From: Bugula neritina
Taxonomy: Eukaryota; Animalia; Bryozoa
NCBI GenBank assembly: GCA_964035545.1
Contig: OZ037766.1
Span: forward strand, 11,646,722-11,710,721
Reading direction: 5' to 3'
DNA length: 64,000 nucleotides
Both the position numbers and the translations under genes were made by a program. Below the pieces are notes generated by a model. It saw only the letters and a list, made by a program, of their open reading frames with translations. It did no database searches and was not told the origin of the DNA. This document shows, in pieces, positions 53,900-64,000 of this stretch (positions are counted from its first letter, which is position 1; the number at the start of each line of letters is the position of its first letter).

Positions 53900-56800
53900 A
53901 TGGCAAAGGATTGCAGGGCTGTATTCTCTTTCTTTTGGCTGCTGACTCTGCTGCTGTTGATGCACATTTCTTTGACAGGTAAAAGTCTCTAAAAATATCC
54001 AGTTTGATACTGCAACTATTCACTTATATGCACTCAGAAAAGCTTAGGTATTATAAAAAGGTTTGCTGAGTATAGGCATGCCCAATTATATTTCAAAGCA
54101 TGTTTACTGATAGTATTGAGTCATGTGAACCATGCATAAGCTCAAATAATTTTGATTCAAACTATTTTAAATTTGGTCCAGTTTATAATTATTTTTATAC
54201 TACTAATGACAATGTTAAGACCACGCCTAAACAGAGGTATTGTTGAAAAGTTTTGGAATATGTTTCTAGTGGAAGTAACTATTGGCTATGCAGACTGCAC
54301 TTGATTCTCTCTGTGAACCAATTATCTATTATAGCTAATCAATGAGCTGTAGTCTTCAGTCTTTATGGATCCATGACTCAGTATTGTGTCATCACATTTT
54401 ATAGTATCAACTAGCAATTATTATTGATATGCTCCATAAGATGCCAACTAAAATATTGTGGGCTTTTCATATAGTGAAAAGAAACCAGTACTATAATTAT
54501 TGATTAACCTTGGCATTTCAAGCATCATGAGGTAACACAATCAATAGGTATGTGATTATATAACCTACAAACCTAGATTAAAACAACTAAATATTTTTCC
54601 TAACTCTTCCATGATGAAAAGTAGTGATTTGTATATTAGACCTAAAACAAACACATTTAGACTAATAAAATTCAAGCACTCTGTAAGTTTAACAAAAAAC
54701 TTAATTGAGCAAATATTTTCTCAAAAGCAGCCTTCTTTTCAACTATTTTAAAAACTTTGACCAGTTGTTTGAAAAAAGCTGTCACAATTTATCTGAAATT
54801 TGCTTATAGCCGAGTAAAACTAAAGATTGAAGCTACAAACAGAAATGTTAAAAGAGTAACAGGTTGGGCTTGGCTTGGCTTGGCTTGTTTATTATTGATA
54901 TTAGCAAGTAGCAAGTATCACACATTCTTCATAAAACAGTTGTAAGAGTTCGCACTAAAAGAGCTGCACATTAGACATATCATATCAGTCAAATAGTAGA
55001 CTTACAGACTTCTTAAAACAATAATTATGACAATTCAACTAAGCAGTATTTTCAAAATAAACAGTTTACAATGGAAAGGCAAGTTAAATCTATTCTAGCT
55101 TTTCTCTAAAATAATATGCAGTTAGTTGCATTGCTATTGATAATTATACTAATAGGCCTAGCCTCTCTTTACAATGTCGCAGGCAAAATAAAACACATGC
55201 AGTACTCAACACTTTTGTTTAACTTTAAAGATAGGCTTTCTAGAAGCAAAGATCCATCAAAATTCATGGCATGGCAATTTATGGCAATAAAACTTACTGA
55301 TGGAAAAATTAAAATAAATACACATTTTTATATAATTCAAGTGTTTGTGTTGTGTCTTTTGTTACCTGATTTAGTAGTACAAGCCTTCCAACTCTGAGAA
55401 AAATAATGAAACATGTTATGTGTTGTGACTTTGAAGAATTTTAATTGAAAATGTTTTTATTAGAGCAAACTAATAGGAAAATTATTTGTATTGCAAATTA
55501 TATAATGTAAACTGAGGGCTTTAAGCTGGGTGTTTCTTTCAACAATCACAAGGTATGTTACCTTTTACAGCCATGTCCTGATCATGTGTCAGGTAAACAA
55601 TCACAAGGTATACAATGTATACTATGAATACTCGGCATACACAATTTGTTTTAGAAATTCATATTCATGGAGGTAGCTATGCAAAAACATTTCTATAACA
55701 TCAACTATAATTTATACACAATCCACATAGAGAACATTACTCCATTATATACATTTATACTGACTCTAAACAAAAGCCTTATTGGACATCACAAATGGAG
55801 TGTTGCATATTACATTCGTATTACATGCATATATTCTTGCGCAGTATTGCTAATAATAATAAGAGTATGTGCACAACTATTGTTACGGCTAGTTTGTATA
55901 TCAATCTAAGCAGTAATAGTCAAACCATGTATTGCAGCAGCACTGTATTGTATTCCATCAGAGATCTATAAATATTTAAATGTTAACCATTCAACATCTA
56001 CAATATGTAACTACATTGCACAACTACATTATATAACTACATTCTGCAACTACATTATGTAACTACATTATACAACTACATTATGTAACTACATTATACA
56101 ACTACATTATGTAACTACATTATACAACTACATTATGTAACTACATTCTACAACTACATTATGTAACTACATTATGTAACTACATTCTACAGCTACATTA
56201 TATAACTACATTGCACAACAGTGACATCTCTTGTTGCTCTAGCACATTCTCTGCTACCAATTACCCTGTTAATGTAAACTGAAAAGTAATGCAACAGTAA
56301 AGCCGCATGTCTCATACCGCGTCTTTGTTTAGATGCCAACTCGGACAACTTGGGAAGGGAGTTTGCGGTGGTCTTCATGAGAAATAAAGTTGAAAAAGTC
56401 ACAGAAACTCCTGTTGAACTGTTTATAACTACCCCCAGTACTATCCCTGTGCAGGTAGGTGCAGCTACCCCCAGTACTATCCCTGTGCAGGTAGGTGCAG
56501 CTACCCCCAGTACTATCCCTGTGCAGGTAGGTGTAGCTACTCCCAGTACTATCCCTGTGCAGGTAGGTGCAGCTACTCCTAGTACTATACCTGTACAGGT
56601 AGGTGTAGCTACCCCTAGTACTATACCTGTACAGGTAGGTGTAGCTACCCCTAGTACTATACCTGTACAGGTAGGTGTAGCTACCCCCAGTACTATCCCT
56701 ATGCAGGTAGGTGCAGCTACCCCCAGTACTATCCCTCTGCAGGTAGGTGTAGCTACTCCCAGTAATATCCCTGTGCAGGTAGGTAGGTGTAGCTACTTCC

Positions 56801-59800
56801 AGTACAATCCCTGTGCAGGTAGGTGCAGTTACTCCCAGTACTATCCCTCTGAAGGTAGGTGCAGCACAGTTAGCTGGTAATGTGGTCAGTGGTCAGTGGT
56901 CAATAAGGTTGGTGCTAAATGTTGATTATGCTGGCTACATTAACTGCATTCTATAATTTCAGTGATGTTTTACCAATTTATGTAGCATGCAGCCTTATAT
57001 TTAATTGTATTTTTGCTAAGATAAACTATTGTCTAATTTTCATGCTTTAAATTTATCTGACATTTGCATTGTGAAATGCAACATCATTTCTAGATTAGTC
57101 AAAGTCTTCTATACTATTATATATCATAACATATAAAAGCTTACAGTTGAGGCAATAGTTATATGTATAGGCCACAGGGGGATAAAATCGGATTTGTATA
57201 ATTGTTTTTTCAACTACAATTTTAATATAAGCAATGGTTTATCATTAGAAAAATGTAGTTTTGTCTCCAACTTAATCAAAAATCATACATCTACGCTATA
57301 TTTATAAATATATTAAACTTATATTGATTCTTTTTCTTAACATTAGCAGCAATGATAAAATTAGTGATGGAGTTAGTTTTAAAACTGAATACTGTACTGC
57401 TAGTGTGATACTTGTGAACTTATGATGACAATATAATAGATGTACAGGCAGCAGTGGCAGCAGCAGTAGCTGAAGCAAGTAGTAACCCATATTTAATAAC
57501 AGAGAAAGCATTCAACTTATTTTGCTTATCTAATAAACTACATAAACCTTCATTATTGATTTTTATTAGCAAATCCGCTAGGTTTTGCTGATTTTAATAT
57601 CAAATTTTATATAACTACTCTGACTCTCTACTACTATAGATTAGTCATTAGTTGCTAGAATATATAATATAGGCCTACAATATTATAATGAGTATAATGT
57701 GTATGGAACTCAACAGGTGAGAGTGACAACTCCAAAGTTCACAGATCAGGGAATAGACATCACAAGAACTGTAGTGTCTGGACAAGTAGAGAAAATAGAG
57801 CTGACTCATTTGATCCGTCTCACCTGGACAGGTATAGAACAGAAGGTTGTGATGATTACAGCTGACAGTGACATAGTTGTCTATGGTCTCAACAAGCAAC
57901 CATATTCTACTGATGGATTCTTGGCGTATCCAACTGATTCTATTGGCTATCATTATTACACTGTGTCATACTCGCCAACTAATTCCAACACGGAGTTCGC
58001 CATTGCAGCATTCATTGATGATACAGTTGTAAGTATGAAGTTTCCAAAGAGACAACTCGGGATCCCTATTAGAGTTGAGTATAAAGGCAAGAGGTACACG
58101 GATGGAGATTGGCTGAACATTACTTTACAAGCGTATGAGTCATTCCAGTGTGTGTCGTATGACAAAGCTGATCTAACAGCCACTTATGTTACCTCCAGCA
58201 AACCAGTTGCAGTCTTTTCTGGAAACATCCGCACATGGGTTGGTGAAAGCGAGAGTAGAGATCATTTAGCAATTCAACTTCCGCCTGTTGAGGCCTTTGG
58301 CAAACAGTTTCCAATAGTACCTGTACCAGGTCGCACCACGGGTGATGTTATCCGAATAATCGCACCTGAACCCATTACAAACATTCGAATTGAAAACTCT
58401 GGAGTCGAATATATTGAGGGAGGGTTAGTAGACAATTACCGAGAAGTTGTCATTCCTAGTGATATTCACACAACAATCACAGCCGATCACCCCATTCTAG
58501 TAGTACAAATCTCACAGAGCCAGCAAGATGACACTGAACCTGGTGACCCAACTATGCTTGTTGTCACAGCAACTCCCCAGTTTGCATCTGATTATGTATT
58601 CAGTACTCCTCAGTACTCTTTAGGCGGTGAGTCAATTTTATTGGTGCTTCCTTAAACTGATTGTGCAGTAACCATTTCAGAGTCCACAAGTTTTAGTAAG
58701 TTTTTACTTAGGCTGTATCTGTGCCATGTTGTTAGGTTCTTACACAAACTACTTGATGTGTGTTATCAAGTCAACCGAAATCGATGGACTGATGTTTGAT
58801 GGAAGGCAATTTGCAGTTATGAATCCGGAATGGAAAAGCTTACCTGGTAAGTAAACATAAGTAGAGTATATGCAGTTTGGTTTGAATAATATACAATGCT
58901 AATACTTGTTATAGCATCTTCTACAGCTTATTATGTCTTACACCAGAACTAATATGTCTTGTGAAACTCTCAACATAATAATACTCTAACATTAGTGTTC
59001 TTTTAAGCAGTTTTTGTAAAACATTAATGTCTGCTTTCTTTTAAACTTTTTTTCTTTATAATTAGAATTACTTCTTGACCTTTATATACTCTATTAGGCA
59101 CGGATTTAGTTGGCACATCTGTTAGCATAGAAGAAGGAGCACACGCAATGAGGCACAGCTCTCCAGTGGCTCAATTCGGTGGCTATATTTATGGCACGGC
59201 TAACAAAGAAAGCTACTCTTTCCAAATAGGCACAAGGCTAGCTCAAATTAACCAGGTTAGCAAACTAGTATAACCTAATTTGAGTCATAAAAATATTTTG
59301 TTATTTTGTTAAAGTTTCATTATAGGCATATTATTTTTGAGTTTAAAGTTAAAAGTTTTAAATTTAAAGCAAATACTGAAAAAAGAACTGTTGTGGTTTA
59401 ATTTGAATTTATCGAAAGTATGCAACCCAGTTGGTAAGTAGGTAATTTTTAAATACCTGGAAATGCTAAAAAAAATTTAATGACACATATTGAAGTAGGT
59501 ATTTAAATGTTTCTTTAAATTTTCAAATATAACTCTGCATGTGTTTGTGTGTTCATTATGATAGCCGTGCATTGAGACACCAACAGTGTTTGGTGACGGG
59601 GTTGACAATGACTGTGACGGACTGATTGACGAGGAGCTGTGTACAGGAGCCAACAGAGACACGGACACAGACGGTGATGAGCTTCTGGACGAGGATTGTG
59701 CTCTCATCAGAGAAATTGCTGATGGTGAGCATAAAGATGACTACCCTCTTCTGTTCATAGCACTAAAAAACTTTGGATGAAAAAACTGTTGCACATTGTA

Positions 59801-62800
59801 TTGCTTTTGCTCATAGTTTGATAGCTAAGAGAAAGTTGGACATATCATTTTGAAAATTAAAATTCCTTTTTAGCTAAAGCTAAAAACTTTAGCATCATGA
59901 TAACCAACTGTTGCTACCTCTTTGCATGATGAACTTTTAAAATATGTTGATAGATGATGCTGAAAAATGCATTTTGTCGAGTGACCTGTAGGCCTATATC
60001 TTTTCTTAATTGCTGATAAGAAGTATAAGAAAATTAAACAAGCTACTTTTTTAAAAACAAAAATTAGAGCCCAACTCCTTCAACAAGAACCAAAATATAT
60101 TACAACTTTTATAATAAACAAACTTTTATTTCTTGCCAATCACCAGGTGCTCCTGACAGTGGGGGGAGACAATTCCTCATATATTTCATGGAGAATACAG
60201 TTGAGGCACCGAGATACTTGCCTCTGGAGGTCTATGTTACACCTGTAAGAGCCGCTTCAGCTTCTGTGAGAATTGAAAGTCCATTATGGTTTGAACCAGC
60301 AATTTGGGAAGAAACTAAGGTAAAACTGGTACATTAATCGCAACAGCTATCCTCTCTTTATATAACTAGCACATGTATGTATATAGATTGCGAGGCATAT
60401 AAGTGTATTTGTGACTATATTTCAGATATCATTGGGATCAGTAAAGAAGTTTAATATACCTTACACAATGAGAGAAAAAGGGACCACCCTTTCCAGTAAA
60501 ACATTGTTTATAACCTCTGATGCAGATGTGGTAGTGTATGGTGTAAACAAGGAGGTGTATTCAGCAGACGCTTTTCTAGCGTTGCCACTTGATGTCCTGG
60601 GAAGGAAATATTATGCAGGTAACATCTCAGTTACCTATTACATATGAATTTACAAAGCTTTACTAAAACCATTATATGAATTTTTAACAGAGCCATTCAT
60701 TATATGTTAAGCAGGGGTGGGGAAGGGGGACTGAAGTAAAGTCTTAACAGTTCATGAGTATCAGATATTTTTACGAATTATATATTTTTATGCATACTAA
60801 CTTAATGCAATAATTTAGTAAATATATAGTTTATAGCAGGGTTGGGGTCAATTACATGTAAATGTAATTAATTACAATTACAATTACATGAAGATTTGTC
60901 AATTACAATTACAATTATAATTACAGTTAAAAGGTAATGTAATTAATTACAATTACAATTACATGGTAATGTAATTAATTACAATTACAATTACTTTTGT
61001 TCTCACAAGGGATAACTAGAAGTTATACAATGTCACTTCTAGGGTCCAACTACCAGGGGCAATGTTGACAGTGGTGAACCTCCTTTGCTCCCAATAGTGA
61101 CACTATAGGGTCAATCCATGCCAAATCAACTAAATTTTAAGGGGTCCCACGCCTTTGCTTCTCAGATTTTGCTTATATTTACACGTGTCCAGTGTACTAT
61201 TCGTGAATATTTCTGACATGACACAAAAACTTTTTGAGAAATGACTACATTTGTGGACAAAGGTTAAAAAAACTTTTGAGGAAAATTTGCGATTTCTACT
61301 TTTAGACCAACTTATACATGTCTATATCTCAACCATTTTTTTAAACTGAGCTTTAAAAATTGATGTGGGGGATATTTAGAAATTTTTCAAAATTTACAAA
61401 AATTTGCCCATATTCGATGGTTTAGCATATATGCACACAAATTATTCTGTAATATGTGTTGCTACTAGTGCAAGTTGATAGGTATAATCAAACCGCACAG
61501 CAAATTTTAAGACTTAGTCTAAAAAAATGGTTGAGATATAGACATTTATAAATTGCTCTAAAGGTAGAAATCACCAATTTTCCTTAAAGTTTTTCCCAAC
61601 CTTTGTCCACAAATGTAGTCATTTCTCAAAAAATTTTCTGCCAGGCCAAAAATATTTAAAAAGAGTACTCAGAACATATGTAGGCCTATTTGGTGTAAAT
61701 ATGAACAAACTCTGAGACACAAAGGCACCGGCCATGTGGTGAGTTAGCATGGAATGACCCTATACTATATTGACTTAATCTGAACTTGTTATTTAACAGT
61801 AGAGATGGTAGGAAAATAATGATTTTTCAAGATTTAAAAGTTTGAAGTAATTGACATGTAACTATAAAGTAATTGTAAAATTCAATTACATTAGCAATGT
61901 AATTAATTACAATTACAATTACAATTACATTTTTATACATCAATTACAAATTACATTCAATTACTTGAAAAAATGTAATTAATTACAACCAATTACAATT
62001 ACAAATTACAATTACCCCAACCCTGGTTTATAGTGCATAACTCCTATAGTTATAAGTTGCTTGAAGTCTGTGCAAATATCTTAGATTAGAATGCTTAGTT
62101 TAAAAATCACACTACTGCCTGGCTTGGAAAATTCAGATTCAAATACTTCAATTCAAATAACTGCTGAGGAATAACTAAATAAAAGTACAAGATAATACAT
62201 AGCTTTCACGAAATTATTGGTATTGTCCACTGATTGGCTGGATAAAAACAATTATCCAATCATAGTAAGACATGGAAAACTCATGAATATATGATTCATT
62301 GTTGAAACATAGAAATATTTTGCTTACCTGGCTGTAAATTTCTGATAACACAACAATTTTCTAGCGTTCATTTTTCTGTCACAGATTAAATTTTACATAA
62401 ATAAATAAACAAATAATGTTGGAATAATTGCAGTGACTCACTGGCCTAATTCCGACTCCTCGCTCTGTCAGATTGGCGTGATAGGAGTGTATGATGGAAC
62501 TAAAGTAGACATCACATTTCCACGTAACTCCCAAAGAGGAATCATATCAGTTGAATATGATGGGAAGACATACACACATGGAGACACTCTCACTGTTGCT
62601 TTGAACAGATTCTCTAATCTGCAGTTACAATCTCGAGGTATTCGGAATTTCCAGCATTTTGGCTTGATAGACTAGTCACAGCACATAAACATTAATTTGT
62701 AATAAAAAGTATGCTCAACTTCCAAGTAAGATACACTCCCTTTATAACTAATAATAAGTTGTACTATCTTGTCCAAAGGCATATTTGATACTGATGTCAT

Positions 62801-63659
62801 AAAAGAGCTATGTTAGCTGCCATTAATTTCACTTTTGGCCAAATCATCTAATATTGGAACATTTCAACCATGCACTGTAGGTAAAATGCGATGCAGCTTT
62901 TTCTAATAAGCTTTCATTGCACTTGTGTACGCAAATAAAAAGTGTAGTTTGATTAGATTATTAATTTTTTACTGTATGTCATTAGGAGACTTGACGGGGA
63001 CATTGATAGAATCAACACAGAGAGTTGGAGTCTTGAGTGGAAACATCCGTACCTCCGTTGGTTCAGGAAGCTCCAGAGATCATCTGGTTGCAATGTTACC
63101 AACTGTAGAGTCTTGGGGGAAACTCTACTGCACTGTCCCAATACCAGGTAAAAACTTTGCATGCTATACCGTGAAGACCGAACAGTTCTCTGTAAGGATG
63201 TTTACTTCCGAGAGAATTACGAGTGCTATCATTGTTGTAGCTTTCGAAATTTTTCAACATATTCAGTCTAAATGTCGAATCACTGCTCACAAGCATGATA
63301 TTGATGTCAAATTGCTAATGGAGCATATATAGAATACATGAAGAAGCATAGAACATAGAACATAGAAGCATAATATAAAATACTTTTTATTCCTCTATAC
63401 TTTATAGCTTATATTATCAGCACTGCTAGTATACTATTACTATAACATCTATTAACTGTGTAACATATTAAAAGTGTCTGCTTGTACAGGCCGAACTATT
63501 GGAGACTACTTCTATGTCATGGCGTCAGAAAACAACACATTAGTGACGCTCACAAATCGGGAAAATATTGTTCTAAATGCTGGAGAGGCTGAGATGCTTA
63601 CTATCTTCTCAGATGAATACGTTGTAATAAGTTCCAACAAGTCAATCCTAGTGACCCAA
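53900..63659 (+). CDS. Secreted IgGFc-binding protein N-terminal-domain repeat protein, partial. Exons 53900-53978, 56333-56454, 57717-58626, 58736-58846, 59098-59255, 59565-59724, 60147-60319, 60426-60618, 62434-62637, 62986-63147, 63490-63659; continues off the window
   Basis: Signal peptide MAKDCRAVFSFFWLLTLLLLMHISLT. Two FCGBP-N-type domains (GREFAVVFMRN...STDGFLAYP...DLTATYVTSSKPVAVFSGN...RDHL...GDP and GRQFLIYFMEN...SADAFLALP...DLTGTLIES...LSGN..RDHL), separated by GDGVDNDCDGLIDEE. Exon phases are consistent. Confidence 0.85.
56008..56213. repeat. 13-bp minisatellite (AACTACATTATGT / AACTACATTATAC)
   Basis: About 15 tandem copies in the intron upstream of exon 2. Confidence 0.88.
56428..56864 (+). 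repeat. 36-bp tandem repeat spanning the exon-2 end and its 5' splice site (12 copies)
   Basis: Unit CTACCCCCAGTACTATCCCTGTGCAG|GTAGGTGCAG, encoding TPSTIPVQVGAA. Confidence 0.92.
60837..62025. mobile_element. hAT-type non-autonomous element with (CAATTA)n subterminal repeats
   Basis: TIR CAGGGTTGGGGT / ACCCCAACCCTG; perfect 8-bp TSD GTTTATAG (60829-60836 and 62026-62033). Confidence 0.88.
61108..61760. mobile_element. Long-TIR (foldback-like) element nested in the hAT element
   Basis: Termini GGGTCAATCCATGC / GCATGGAATGACCC flanked by TATA. Internal inverted arms TGAGAAATGACTACATTTGTGGACAAAGGTT / AACCTTTGTCCACAAATGTAGTCATTTCTCA and TGTCTATATCTCAACCATTTTT / AAAAATGGTTGAGATATAGACA. Confidence 0.8.
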
Positions 63660-64000
63660 GTGAGTAGCAAAGTCACCAGTTCAAGTTTGTGTTTTTGATG
63701 CAGATATATTTCAATAATCATTTGTATTTTCTTAATTAAGCATTTAGAAAATATTAGCTTAAGTTTAAACATGGTGCAATGGACTGTGGATGACAAATTT
63801 TTCACAAAAAATTCGTAGACTGAATAGTTGAGATGGTTTTTAAATTTTTATAAATCAGGTAGGTGGTATTTTTATTTCACCAGTTCAGTACATTATTGAT
63901 AGCTCCACACCAGTTTAAACATTTTTGCATGTGGCCAAAGAGCTATCTATTTCGGTGTTTGCAATATCTATAAGTTAATTTCGTTTAATTGAAATTTTCA

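Overview
Eukaryotic, AT-rich, intron-containing animal (invertebrate-like) genomic DNA. Left to right: (1) the 5' end of CTU2 on the minus strand. (2) A ~13 kb degenerate Academ-type DNA transposon (4332-17292; TAG-terminated TIRs, 3-bp TSD, XPG/PIN and Cys-finger remnants). Nested inside it is a very young, near-intact Ty3/Gypsy LTR retrotransposon (4523-12028; LTRs differ at 1 of 306 nt; tRNA-Leu PBS; predicted -1 gag-pol frameshift) with a third, apparently spliced, non-env ORF encoding a double zinc-finger, basic/SP-rich, coiled-coil protein. (3) An older, decayed Mag-like Gypsy element on the minus strand (18526-23014). (4) A 12-exon SH3BP2-like PH-SH2 adaptor gene (23718-33879). (5) A tandem cluster of four IFITM/dispanin (CD225) genes plus an orphan exon, built by a ~10 kb segmental duplication that also copied SH3BP2 pseudo-exons. 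(6) A secreted IgGFc-binding-domain repeat protein gene (from 53900, running off the window) whose exon-2 splice donor has been amplified into a 36-bp tandem array. SINEs, MITEs and mini/microsatellites are interspersed. The best candidate for an undescribed system is the spliced zinc-finger accessory gene of the Gypsy element. All gene models were read by eye from splice signals and frame continuity; no database searches were run.
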